Assembly: GCA_017555395.1 (NCBI GenBank)
Contig: JAFZGL010000132.1
Span: 7,406 to 71,405, forward strand
Source of the DNA: Oscillospiraceae bacterium
Lineage (GTDB): Bacteria; Bacillota; Clostridia; Oscillospirales; Oscillospiraceae
Direction: 5' to 3'
DNA length: 64,000 nt
In this document: positions 50,300 through 59,464 of the stretch, one piece after another
Position numbering within the stretch: position 1 is the first letter of the stretch
Layout: every line of letters begins with the position of its first letter
Translations under genes and position numbers: made by a program
The notes under the pieces: model-generated
The model's input: only the letters and a program-made list of their open reading frames with translations
Database searches by the model: none
What the model was told of the DNA's origin: nothing

Positions 50300-51619
50300 T
50301 TACACCCCGAACAGAACGGCAATGCCCTGCTGATCCAGCTTGGAGCCAATGACGCAGAGCTTGCCGGTGATATCCGCAGAGCCCAGGCGGACATTCATCT
50401 CGCCGGGAACAAAGTCAAAGTGGATCCAGCTGCCGTCAGCGGCGGGAACGATGCCCTTGGCACGGAGAACCATGCCCAGCTTGCCCTCGTCCAGTTCCTT
50501 CAGGCAGTCCTCAATGAACTCCACCGTAAACTTCTTGGCAGTCTCCACGCCCCAGGAGGTGAAGACCTCGTCGGCGTGGTGGTCATGGTGATGGTGGCCT
50601 CCGCAGCCGCAGGAGCAGCCCTCACCGTGATGGTGATGGTGCTCATGATGATCATGGTGATGACCGCAGCCGCAGGAATGCTCCTCATGATGATGCTCAT
50701 GGTGGTGACCGCAGCCGCAGGAATGCTCTTCATGATGATGCTCATGATGGTGACCGCAGCCGCAGGAGTGCTCTTCATGATGATGCTCATGGTGGTGACC
50801 GCAGCCGCAGGAGTGCTCTTCATGATGATGCTCATGATGGTGACCGCAGCCGCAGGAGTGCTCTTCATGATGATGCTCATGGTGGTGACCGCAGCCGCAG
50901 TGCTCGCCGTGCTCATGATGGTGTCCATGCTCATGGTGGCCGCAGCAGCAATGCTCGCCGTGCTCATGGTGATGGTGGTGATGATGCTTGTGCTCTTCCT
51001 CCAGCTTTGCCATTTCGGCAGCCAGGGTTGCCTGGCCTTCCATAGCGGCAACCAGCTGTTCGCCGGTGAGCTGACCCCAGGGAGTGGTGACAATGGTGGC
51101 CTTCTCGTTGTGCTCTCTCAGCATGGCAACGGCAGCATCCAGCTTGGCCTGGGGCACAGAATCGGTACGGGACAGGATGATGGTGGAAGCGGTCTCGATC
51201 TGGTTGTTATAGAACTCACCGAAGTTCTTCATATAGACCTTTACCTTGCCGCAATCAACAACGGCCACGGTGTAGCCCAGGGTGATCTCGTCGGTCATGA
51301 CCTTCTTCACAGCGCCGATGACATCGGACAGCTTGCCGACGCCGGAGGGCTCGATGACAATGCGGTCGGGATTGTACTGCTCAATCACCTGAGTCAGTGC
51401 CTTGCCGAAGTCGCCCACCAGGGAGCAGCAGATGCAGCCGGAGTTCATCTCGGTGATGTTGATGCCGGCATCCTGCAGGAAGCCGCCGTCGATGCCGATC
51501 TCGCCGAACTCATTTTCGATGAGTACCAGCTTCTGGCCTGCATAGGCCTCCTGAATCATCTTCTTGATGAGGGTGGTCTTACCTGCACCCAGGAAACCGG
51601 AATAGATATCAATTTTCAT
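50300..51619 (-). CDS. COG0523/CobW GTPase metallochaperone with His/Cys-rich insert
   Basis: SGFLGAGKTT, ENEFGE, GCICCSL, IEPSGV and CobW_C LRAKG. Confidence 0.93.
   Translation of the reverse strand: MKIDIYSGFLGAGKTTLIKKMIQEAYAGQKLVLIENEFGEIGIDGGFLQDAGINITEMNSGCICCSLVGDFGKALTQVIEQYNPDRIVIEPSGVGKLSDVIGAVKKVMTDEITLGYTVAVVDCGKVKVYMKNFGEFYNNQIETASTIILSRTDSVPQAKLDAAVAMLREHNEKATIVTTPWGQLTGEQLVAAMEGQATLAAEMAKLEEEHKHHHHHHHEHGEHCCCGHHEHGHHHEHGEHCGCGHHHEHHHEEHSCGCGHHHEHHHEEHSCGCGHHHEHHHEEHSCGCGHHHEHHHEEHSCGCGHHHEHHHEEHSCGCGHHHDHHEHHHHHGEGCSCGCGGHHHHDHHADEVFTSWGVETAKKFTVEFIEDCLKELDEGKLGMVLRAKGIVPAADGSWIHFDFVPGEMNVRLGSADITGKLCVIGSKLDQQGIAVLFGV
50661..50900. repeat. Coding 45-bp tandem repeat (HHHEHHHEEHSCGCG x5)
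   Basis: TGACCGCAGCCGCAG recurs at 50661, 50706, 50751, 50796, 50841 and 50886. Confidence 0.95.
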
Positions 51620-51759
51620 AACAGATAATCGCCTTTCCTTTCAAAAAATCAAAAACGACTGGTTTGCATAGTTTCTCAACATAATCAGTATAGCACAACT
51701 GTCAATGTAAATCCACCCAAAAAACACAATAAGCCGGAGATTTCTCTCCGGCTTTCGAA

Positions 51760-52404
51760 TCAGTTTTCTTTTCTGTCGCAGTATACCGCCCAGCGGTTTT
51801 CTCCGTCAGAGGTGCAGGTATAGAGCACCAGATCGTGGTCAGCTTTCAGCACCGCCGCCAGATCCGTGGGATCCACCAGATCGCACCGGGTCACTGTGTA
51901 TTCCACCCGGAATCCGTTCAGATGGGTAAACCAGATTTCCTCTCCCGGCTGGATGGAATGCAGGAAGAGAAAATGGGATCTGTAGTTGTGGCCGCTGATC
52001 ACTGCATCATCGGTGATGGGAGAGCCCTTTTCCAGGCAGGGGGCCTTTTTCAGCCGGTCTTCCTGGATCTGATGCATGATGGGAAGCTCCCGGTCATAGC
52101 CCGGAGCAGTGATCCAGCCGATGTAGTCATCGCCTTCCAGTTCAAAGATCTCCAGGCTTTCCGGTTCGGAAGGTCCGGTGGGAACCGTTGTTTCCGGAGA
52201 CGTATCTTCCGTGGGCCCGTCATCCTGTACCGGCATTTCTGTCTGCGCCGAAAGCTCTGTTTGACGGATAACCGCAAGGGCTTCCTGTGCAGCCTGTCCG
52301 GCCTGCTCCGCTTCCCGGACATGAAGACCCAGCCGTACCGCGGCCGCCAGAATCAGCACCGCGCCCAGGATCAGCAGGGTCATACCTGTTCTGCGCCTAT
52401 CCAT
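51760..52404 (-). CDS. Sortase (class D-like)
   Basis: N-terminal TM; catalytic H (ISGHN), C (LYTCT) and R (ENRW). Confidence 0.9.
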   Translation of the reverse strand: MDRRRTGMTLLILGAVLILAAAVRLGLHVREAEQAGQAAQEALAVIRQTELSAQTEMPVQDDGPTEDTSPETTVPTGPSEPESLEIFELEGDDYIGWITAPGYDRELPIMHQIQEDRLKKAPCLEKGSPITDDAVISGHNYRSHFLFLHSIQPGEEIWFTHLNGFRVEYTVTRCDLVDPTDLAAVLKADHDLVLYTCTSDGENRWAVYCDRKEN

Positions 52405-53299
52405 AGATATCCTTCTTTTTCAGCAGGAAAGCACCCGCCGCCATACACAGCATGCCTGTCAGGAACAGGAAAAACACCGGTTCGGTGCGAAGGCCTGTCT
52501 GGGGCAAAGCCTCTTTATTGGTAACGGTGACCACCCAGTGCAGCGGATCATTCTTGTTGTAGGAATAGCTTTCGGAGAATTTGTAAAGATCCATCTCCTC
52601 CACGGTGTAGATGCCGTTGGGGCGGAGATTGACCCCCAGGGTCTCATCTCTGGTAAAGGTTTCCTTCCAGCCAGTAGTAGCAGCAATCGTTACCTTGCCC
52701 ACCTCTACCTTTTCTCCGTTCCGCGTCTCATAGAGCCATACCGTAACAGGGCGTTCACCGCCGTCGGGCCATTTCTTCTCCACATCGATGACCAGGGGTT
52801 CCAGATAGGTCTTCGTGACAGCAATTGCCTCCGGAGAAACTGCCGCAATCAAGCTGCCGTCTTCCCCTTCCATAACAGTCACGGTTACGGTGAAGGTCTC
52901 TTCTTTGTCATCCACGATCCAGTCCGTCAGGGCGGATTTTCCCAGGGCAAGCTGATAGCTGTATTCTCCCGGCTGGGTATAGCTGCCGAAGATCAGATCC
53001 ACAGAGGCGGTGTCAACGCAGTGAATCTGGGTGCTGTGAGGGCCGGGAGCGCCCTCGGTCAGAGGGGTAACGGTGACGGGGAACACATCCTCACCCGGCA
53101 GCCCGGCTCCGGGAGTCCGGGATACCATGGTGACAGATACTGGCAGGGTAATATTCACCGGCAGAATCTCCTGCACAGGGGGCAGATCTCCGGACATGTC
53201 CTGACCGTCCGGAATGTCTTCTGCCTGAACCGGCAGTATGATGCACATCAGCACCAGCAGCACCGACAGCCATTTTGAAAAAGTCGAAGCGTATCGCAT
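52397..53299 (-). CDS. LPXTG-anchored surface protein (Spy0128-like and CnaB domains)
   Basis: Signal peptide ending VQA; Y.QPGEYSY; VEKKW...YTVEE...VTN; LPQTG-TM-KKK tail. Confidence 0.87.
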   Translation of the reverse strand: MRYASTFSKWLSVLLVLMCIILPVQAEDIPDGQDMSGDLPPVQEILPVNITLPVSVTMVSRTPGAGLPGEDVFPVTVTPLTEGAPGPHSTQIHCVDTASVDLIFGSYTQPGEYSYQLALGKSALTDWIVDDKEETFTVTVTVMEGEDGSLIAAVSPEAIAVTKTYLEPLVIDVEKKWPDGGERPVTVWLYETRNGEKVEVGKVTIAATTGWKETFTRDETLGVNLRPNGIYTVEEMDLYKFSESYSYNKNDPLHWVVTVTNKEALPQTGLRTEPVFFLFLTGMLCMAAGAFLLKKKDIYG

Positions 53300-53327
53300 G
53301 GGCATACCTCCCATTGTATTTGAGTGT

Positions 53328-53446
53328 ATTGTATCACATCAGGTCAGCAACTGCAACCATCCAATTCCCCCTTCGACGGATCTCCCTTGCCTTCGACACC
53401 AAAATTTTTCTACACTGAACACAGGCAGAACAAGCCCCCTGCGACA
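53328..53446 (-). promoter_or_regulatory. SigA promoter with upstream Spo0A-like boxes
   Basis: TTGCAG-17-TACAAT with extended TG; TGTCGAA (53398-53392), CGTCGAA (53378-53372) and TGTCGCA (53446-53440). Confidence 0.5.
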
Positions 53447-53508
53447 TCTCTGCCGGGCGCCTCCGGCTCTCCCCCGGAGGTGCTTTCTTACGGAAAAAGC
53501 TCCCCGAA

Positions 53509-53700
53509 TCATTCGGGGAGCTGATTTCTTTCCACTGTTTTGATGTTCTTCTCTGCCTTGTGCCGGGGAGTCATGACCTCATGGCCGCAGCCCAGGCATT
53601 TCATCCGGAAATCGGCACCGGTGCGCAGCACCAGCCACCGTTTTTCCCCGCAGGGATGGGGCTTTTTCATCACAAGAACATCACCAAGTCTGATATCCAT
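53509..53700 (-). CDS. DUF951 family protein
   Basis: MKKPHPCG...W...R.GADFRMKCLGCGH. Confidence 0.92.
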   Translation of the reverse strand: MDIRLGDVLVMKKPHPCGEKRWLVLRTGADFRMKCLGCGHEVMTPRHKAEKNIKTVERNQLPE

Positions 53701-53709
53701 ATTTTCTCC

Positions 53710-54969
53710 TTATTTCTTGATGGCATCCCAGTAGGCTTTCGCCGCCTGTTCCAGTTTGCTGGAGCCGTATTCATAGTACCGTTTTCCCACCAGGTCATCC
53801 GGCAGATACTGCTGGCGCACCCAGTGGTTGGGATAGTCGTGGGGATACAGATACCCCTGTTCCCGCTCCATGGTGTAGGAATCGGCGTGAACATTCTGCA
53901 GATGCCGGGGAAAATCGCCGGTCTTTCCCGCTCTCACATCCGCCAGTGCCGCGTCAAAGGCAATGTGGGCAGAATTGGATTTGGGAGAAGTTGCCATGAG
54001 AATGGCTGCATCCCCCAGGGGAATCCGGGCTTCCGGCATGCCCAGCTTCAGGGCCATCTCCACACAGCTGTGGACAATGGGAATGATCTGAGGATAGGCA
54101 AGTCCCACATCCTCCGCTGCAATGACCATGAGCCGCCGACAGGCAGAGGGCATCTGCCCGGCCTCCAGCAGCCGTGCCAGATAATGGCAGGCCGCATCGG
54201 GATCTGAGCCCCGGATGGACTTCTGCAGAGCGGAGAGAAGATCATAGTGGTTATCTCCGTCCCGGTCAGCACGGAGCGCACTTTTCTGGGTGACAGCCTT
54301 CACATCCGCCATGGTCAGACGAATCCTCCCATTTTCCGGGATGCCTGCGGAGAACAGCACCTCCACAGCGTTGAGACCCTTGCGCAGGTCGCCGCCGCAG
54401 CACTGGGCGATATACTCCAGGGCGCCCTCCTCCGGCTGTGCGGTCAGGGCAGTGCGCTGCTCCATGTAGGAAACCGCCCGCTTCACAGCTTTCAGCGCCG
54501 CTGCCGAATCGATCATCTTAAATTCAAAGACGGTGGAACGACTCAGGATGGCATTGAACACATAGAAATAGGGATTCTCTGTGGTGGATGCGATCAGGGT
54601 GATCTTGCCGTTTTCAATGTGCTCCAGCAGCGACTGCTGCTGCTTTTTGTTGAAGGACTGGATCTCGTCCAGATACAGCAAAACCCCATTGGGGGCCATG
54701 AAGGTATCCAGCTGGGAGACGATCTCCTTGATGTCCGCAGTGGAAGCGGTGGTGGCATTCAGCTTATACAGAGTCCGGTTGGTCTGTTTGGCAATGATAT
54801 TGGCAACAGTGGTCTTACCGGTGCCGCTGGGGCCGTAGAAGACCATGTTGGGGATATTTCCGGAATCGATCAGGCGGCGCAGCACAGCGCCCTGCCCCAG
54901 GATATGCTCCTGTCCGAAGACCTCATCCAGACTGGACGGCCGCAGAAGATCGGCCAGAGGCTGATACAT
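53710..54969 (-). CDS. rarA: Replication-associated recombination protein A (MgsA)
   Basis: PLADLLRP, YGPSGTGKTT, TTENPYF, KSIRGSDPDAA and EDVGLA. Confidence 0.95.
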   Translation of the reverse strand: MYQPLADLLRPSSLDEVFGQEHILGQGAVLRRLIDSGNIPNMVFYGPSGTGKTTVANIIAKQTNRTLYKLNATTASTADIKEIVSQLDTFMAPNGVLLYLDEIQSFNKKQQQSLLEHIENGKITLIASTTENPYFYVFNAILSRSTVFEFKMIDSAAALKAVKRAVSYMEQRTALTAQPEEGALEYIAQCCGGDLRKGLNAVEVLFSAGIPENGRIRLTMADVKAVTQKSALRADRDGDNHYDLLSALQKSIRGSDPDAACHYLARLLEAGQMPSACRRLMVIAAEDVGLAYPQIIPIVHSCVEMALKLGMPEARIPLGDAAILMATSPKSNSAHIAFDAALADVRAGKTGDFPRHLQNVHADSYTMEREQGYLYPHDYPNHWVRQQYLPDDLVGKRYYEYGSSKLEQAAKAYWDAIKK

Positions 54970-55095
54970 AGGCAGCCCTCCTTTCCATTTTCCCTACTAT
55001 ATCACACTCCTGCGGAAAATGCATCAACTATTTTCATATTTTCGAATTTTTGTTTGTATAAAGACGCAGATCCCGAAAAGGATCTGCGTCTTTGT

Positions 55096-56577
55096 TTACA
55101 CCACCGGAATCAGCAGCATCCGGTCGGTTTCCGGTTCGCCGGTGAGGCCGTTGGCGGTTTCGATGGCTGATACCGTGGAGCCGCACTCACGGGCGATATC
55201 CCACAGCCGCCGGTTTCCCGCCCGGCACAGAATCAGGGCCGGCATTCCCTCCCGGGGTTCCATTTTCTCCCCAGGTTCCAGACCCGTGATCATGGGGATC
55301 TCCTGCTCTGCCGTGGCGCAAAGACTCATTGTCATCTCCGAGCGGATCTGCGCAGTATCTCTTCCCCCGTGGAGCTGCAGATGTGCCTCCTCCGGCACCG
55401 CCGTCAGTTCGGCTGTTTCATTCTGCGTAAGAGGCATTTCTCCCTCCATCCGCACCGCAGTACTCCGAAGTGCGCCGTTCTCGTCATAGTACATCAGCTG
55501 CAGTGTTCCGGACTGGGTCAGCCGGATCATCTCTCCTTCCCGGTGCTGCTGGGGGAAATCCGGCCGGAACACCTGATCCGCAACCACATCCGCAGAGATC
55601 TGCAGTGTCTGCTGCTGTGTCACAGTCTCCCGCCTACTGTCCAGAACCACCGGAAGCGTCAGCACATCCCGGCTCACCTTCAGCTCCCGCCGGGGACAAA
55701 AGGCATCCTCCACTGTCTCCAGCAGCTGCCGCTCTTCCACCACGTACTGGCCTGTCAGCCCTGTCCGCAGATGAAGTTTTTTCCCATCCTGCTGCTCCAG
55801 CTCCAGCCGGGTCACTGCAACAACCACATCCGCCGAAGCATCGGCACTGTGACCTTCCTGCAGTTCTCCATACTGAGAAAAGGGAATCTCAAAATCCCAG
55901 CATCGCAGCAGCTTCTCGGTTGTCAGATAGACCATATGCAGATTCCCGGTGCCCCGGAACAGAATCTTGTTGCCCAGGATCTTCTGATCCGTCACTTTCG
56001 TGTCCAGCTGCCAGCTGAGCAGTTTGCTGACTTCCGGCACGGAATCCGGCAGAATCAGATCCTGCTCCAGCTCAAAGGGTTTCTCCCCTGCCGCTTTGCG
56101 CAGCCGCACCGGCCACTGGCTTCGCAGCAGCTGCATCCCGGAATCCGGTTCCCCGGGAGAATACACCGCCGCACTGTGGGGGCAGAATGCCTCCGCCAGA
56201 GCAGCTACCCCCACCCGGATCAGCAGCTTTCCGGCAGCCACCGGCCGGGCATCGGCACTGCGAAGCAGCGTCCGGATCCGCACCCAGCCCTCCCGGGCAT
56301 CCTCCGGCGCCTCCCATTCCATCCGGAAGGGAATCCAGCTGCTCAGGCACTGCAGTTCTCCCGTCTCACTCTCATACAGCACCCAGACCTGTACGCCGCC
56401 GGTGAGAAGGATGCTGCTGCCCATCCATTCCTTGCTGCGCATAACGCTCTGTCCCCAGGTACCCAGAACCCGTGCCTCCCCACCTTCCGGCAGGGCTACC
56501 TCCTGGGTCTGCTCCAGGGTCTGTACCCGGCTCAGGCAAGGTGCCAGACAGGATACCTCCTGTTTTTCAAACCGCAA
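55096..56577 (-). CDS. SPOCS (DUF3794) repeat and LysM spore-coat morphogenetic protein (SipL-like)
   Basis: Repeated K...G...Y...IPF units; C-terminal LWDIARECGSTVSAIETANGL LysM. Confidence 0.8.
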   Translation of the reverse strand: MRFEKQEVSCLAPCLSRVQTLEQTQEVALPEGGEARVLGTWGQSVMRSKEWMGSSILLTGGVQVWVLYESETGELQCLSSWIPFRMEWEAPEDAREGWVRIRTLLRSADARPVAAGKLLIRVGVAALAEAFCPHSAAVYSPGEPDSGMQLLRSQWPVRLRKAAGEKPFELEQDLILPDSVPEVSKLLSWQLDTKVTDQKILGNKILFRGTGNLHMVYLTTEKLLRCWDFEIPFSQYGELQEGHSADASADVVVAVTRLELEQQDGKKLHLRTGLTGQYVVEERQLLETVEDAFCPRRELKVSRDVLTLPVVLDSRRETVTQQQTLQISADVVADQVFRPDFPQQHREGEMIRLTQSGTLQLMYYDENGALRSTAVRMEGEMPLTQNETAELTAVPEEAHLQLHGGRDTAQIRSEMTMSLCATAEQEIPMITGLEPGEKMEPREGMPALILCRAGNRRLWDIARECGSTVSAIETANGLTGEPETDRMLLIPVV

Positions 56578-56607
56578 AAAACCACTCCTTGTCCAATGGA
56601 TTTGTAC

Positions 56608-56637
56608 AGTATATGCGCCGCCGGGGACGGATATGAC
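56608..56637 (-). promoter_or_regulatory. SigE-type promoter of the SPOCS/LysM gene
   Basis: GTCATA-N16-CATATACT upstream of RBS AAGGAGTG. Confidence 0.65.
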
Positions 56638-56650
56638 CGGCAGTTTCCCT

Positions 56651-56800
56651 TTAATGTCCTTTCAAAAGAAGCAGCCCCAGAACCAGAAGTGCCACCCCTC
56701 CGGCGGTGCTGAGCCACCAGCTGTCCAGAGCATAGCCCAGCAGCACTCCAAATCCCAGGCACAGGCAGCAGCAGCCCTGCATGATTTTCTTCCGGCACAT
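56651..56800 (-). CDS. Small 49-aa two-TM protein (not in ORF track)
   Basis: MCRKKIMQGCCCLCLGFGVLLGYALDSWWLSTAGGVALLVLGLLLLKGH*; RBS GGGGGTG; CATACAAT upstream. Confidence 0.65.
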   Translation of the reverse strand: MCRKKIMQGCCCLCLGFGVLLGYALDSWWLSTAGGVALLVLGLLLLKGH

Positions 56801-56851
56801 ACAAAAACACCCCCTGCACATTGTATGCAGAGGGTGTTTGGTTTTGAACGG

Positions 56852-57550
56852 TTAACCGCCGAGATACGCCTTGCGGACTTCATCGGAGGACGCCAGCTCT
56901 GCGCCGGTACCCGCCAGGGTGATGCCGCCGGTCTCCAGAACGTAGGCACGGTCTGCGATCTGCAGAGCCTTTCTGGCGTTCTGCTCAACCAGCAGGATGG
57001 TGGTGCCCGCCTTGTGGAGCTCCTTGATGATCTCAAAAATCTGATCCACCAGCAGCGGTGCCAGACCCATGGAGGGTTCGTCCAGCATCATCAGCTTGGG
57101 ATGGCTCATCAGGGCACGGGACATGGCCAGCATCTGCTGTTCACCGCCGGAAAGAGTACCGGCAATCTGCTTGCGGCGCTCCTTCAGCCGGGGGAAATAG
57201 TTGAAGACCATGTCCAGATCCTTCTGGGAGACTTCCTTGTTGATGTAAGCGCCCATCTCCAGATTCTCCTGGACGGTCATCTGCAGGAAGATCCGGCGTC
57301 CCTCGGGAACATGGGCCAGACCGTGGCGCAGCAGCTTATAGGCATCGGTATGGGTGATATCCTCACCGCAGAAGGAAATGGAGCCGCTGCGGGGATGCAT
57401 CAGACCGGAGACGGTCTTCAGGATGGTGGATTTGCCAGCGCCGTTGGCACCGATCAGAGCAACGATCTCACCCTCGCCCACCTCAAAGGACACGCCCTTG
57501 ATGGCATGGATAGCGCCGTAATAGACGTGCATATCTTCTACTTTCAGCAT
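56852..57550 (-). CDS. livF: BCAA ABC transporter ATPase
   Basis: GANGAGKST, VPEGRRIF, LSGGEQQML and LDEPSMGLAP. Confidence 0.95.
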   Translation of the reverse strand: MLKVEDMHVYYGAIHAIKGVSFEVGEGEIVALIGANGAGKSTILKTVSGLMHPRSGSISFCGEDITHTDAYKLLRHGLAHVPEGRRIFLQMTVQENLEMGAYINKEVSQKDLDMVFNYFPRLKERRKQIAGTLSGGEQQMLAMSRALMSHPKLMMLDEPSMGLAPLLVDQIFEIIKELHKAGTTILLVEQNARKALQIADRAYVLETGGITLAGTGAELASSDEVRKAYLGG

Positions 57551-58392
57551 CAGTCGTTGTCCTCCTTTCCGAGGTAAGCTTCGATAACGGCGGGATTCTG
57601 CCGGACCTGCTCGGGAGTGCCCTTGCAGATGATCTTGCCGTAGTTCACAACGGCGATGGTCTCACAGACGTTCATGACCAGATTCATGTCATGCTCGATG
57701 AGGAAGATTGCAATGTGGAAGGTGTCGCGGATCCGGCGGATCTGGTGCATCAGTTCCGCGGTCTCACTGGGGTTCATGCCTGCGGCAGGCTCGTCCAGCA
57801 GGATGATGGAAGGATTGGTGGCCAGGGCTCTGACGATCTCCAGACGGCGCTGAACACCGTAGGGCAGACTTCCGGCCTTCTTGTCGGCAACATCCCCAAG
57901 GCCCATGAAGTCCAGCAGCTCCATGGCTTTCATGTTTGCAGCCGCCTCTGCCCGGTAGTAAGAGGGCAGGCGCAGCAGAGATGCGATAAAGGAGCACTTG
58001 ATCTCATTGTGCATGCCCACCTTGACATTGTCCAGGGCGGTCATCTCAGAGAAGAGACGAATGTTCTGGAAGGTACGGGCAATGCCCAGCTTGTTGACCT
58101 TATGAACGGGCATACCCTTGATGTCGATGCCGTTGACCAGCACAGAGCCGCGGGTAGGCTGATATACACCGGTGAGCAGATTGAAGATGGTGGTCTTACC
58201 GGCGCCGTTGGGGCCGATGAGGCCGGCAATCTCGGTGGGGCCGATGGTGATGTTGAAGGAATCAACCGCCGTCAGACCGCCGAAGTCGATGCCCAGGTTC
58301 CGCACGTCCAGAACCGGCAGCTTGCCGGCGTCCTGCTCACGGAACAGGTTATAGGTAGGAACCTGGATAACATTTTTAGGATAATCAGCCAT
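57550..58392 (-). CDS. livG: BCAA ABC transporter ATPase
   Basis: FGGLTAV, GPNGAGKTT, ARTFQNIRLF, LPYG and LDEPAAGMN. Confidence 0.95.
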   Translation of the reverse strand: MADYPKNVIQVPTYNLFREQDAGKLPVLDVRNLGIDFGGLTAVDSFNITIGPTEIAGLIGPNGAGKTTIFNLLTGVYQPTRGSVLVNGIDIKGMPVHKVNKLGIARTFQNIRLFSEMTALDNVKVGMHNEIKCSFIASLLRLPSYYRAEAAANMKAMELLDFMGLGDVADKKAGSLPYGVQRRLEIVRALATNPSIILLDEPAAGMNPSETAELMHQIRRIRDTFHIAIFLIEHDMNLVMNVCETIAVVNYGKIICKGTPEQVRQNPAVIEAYLGKEDND

Positions 58393-59455
58393 TGGTCTCT
58401 ACCTCCTTCTTTTTGAACATACGGGAAAACTTGTCGCTGACAATGGCCACCTTTTCCTTGACCTTGGGAGACCAGGTGAAGAGCATCACCAGGATCAGAA
58501 CCACAGCGTAGAGGATCAGGCGGTAGTCCTCCAGACTTCTCATGGCTTCGGGCAGCACATACAGCACGGTTGCGGAGATCACGGAGCCCAGGATATTGCC
58601 CATACCGCCCATGACCACAAAGACCAGGATATTGATGGAGGTGTTGAAATTGAACTTGGAAGCGGTGATGGAGGAGTAGTTCAGGCCGAACAGGGCACCT
58701 GCCATACCTGCCAGCACAGCAGACACCACAAATGCCTTCATCCGGAAGGCAGTGACATTGATGCCCACAGACTCGGCAGCGATCCGGTTGTCGCGGACAG
58801 CCTTGATGGCCCGGCCTTCCTTGGAGTTCACCAGATTCAGAACCACGAACAGAGTGAACAGCACCAGCAGGAAGCCCATGGGGAAGGTTGCAAGCTTCTG
58901 AACGCCGGTGGCGCCCATGGGACCGTTGATGATGTACTTACCGCCGTCGCCCAGTGCCATCTTGGTGGTGGTAACAGCCATGTGGAAGCCGTTGTTGTCG
59001 GTACCGGCATAGAGGTTGCCGATGATATTCTTCATGATCTCACCAAAGGCCAGCGTCACGATGGCCAGATAGTCACCCCGCAGACGAAGAACGGGAATGC
59101 CGATCAGAAAACCCAGGATACCGGAGAGAATGCCGCCGCCTACCATGGCGATTAGCAGCCGCAGGAAATCAGATTCCACTTTGCCCTTCAGCAGAGCAGC
59201 GATGACAATGCCGGTAAAGGCGCCAATGCCCATGAATCCGGCATGACCCAGACTCAGCTCACCGCAGATACCCACCAGCAGGTTCAGGGAAACTGCCAGG
59301 GAGATGTAAACACAGATGGGAACCAGGTAGCCCTTCCAGGAGGAAGACAGCATCCCTGCGTTGTTCATAAAGAACATGACCACAAAACCCAGGGTAACCA
59401 GCAGATAGATCCGGGCATTGGCCAGAACGGTCTTGTTTTTCAGAAGTTTTTTCAT
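58385..59455 (-). CDS. livM: BCAA ABC transporter permease
   Basis: GELSLGHAGF and LRLRGDYLAIVTLAFGE. Confidence 0.94.
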   Translation of the reverse strand: MKKLLKNKTVLANARIYLLVTLGFVVMFFMNNAGMLSSSWKGYLVPICVYISLAVSLNLLVGICGELSLGHAGFMGIGAFTGIVIAALLKGKVESDFLRLLIAMVGGGILSGILGFLIGIPVLRLRGDYLAIVTLAFGEIMKNIIGNLYAGTDNNGFHMAVTTTKMALGDGGKYIINGPMGATGVQKLATFPMGFLLVLFTLFVVLNLVNSKEGRAIKAVRDNRIAAESVGINVTAFRMKAFVVSAVLAGMAGALFGLNYSSITASKFNFNTSINILVFVVMGGMGNILGSVISATVLYVLPEAMRSLEDYRLILYAVVLILVMLFTWSPKVKEKVAIVSDKFSRMFKKKEVETNG

Positions 59456-59464
59456 AGCTTTACC

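Noticed and set aside
50661-50900. Periodic repeat resembling a CRISPR array
   Set aside because: Units are contiguous with no unique spacers, lie in frame within the COG0523 gene, and no cas genes are present.
50500-51093. Alternative-frame repetitive ORF (TMSIIMKSTPAAAV)n
   Set aside because: It is the shadow of the His/Cys repeat and has no independent translation signal.
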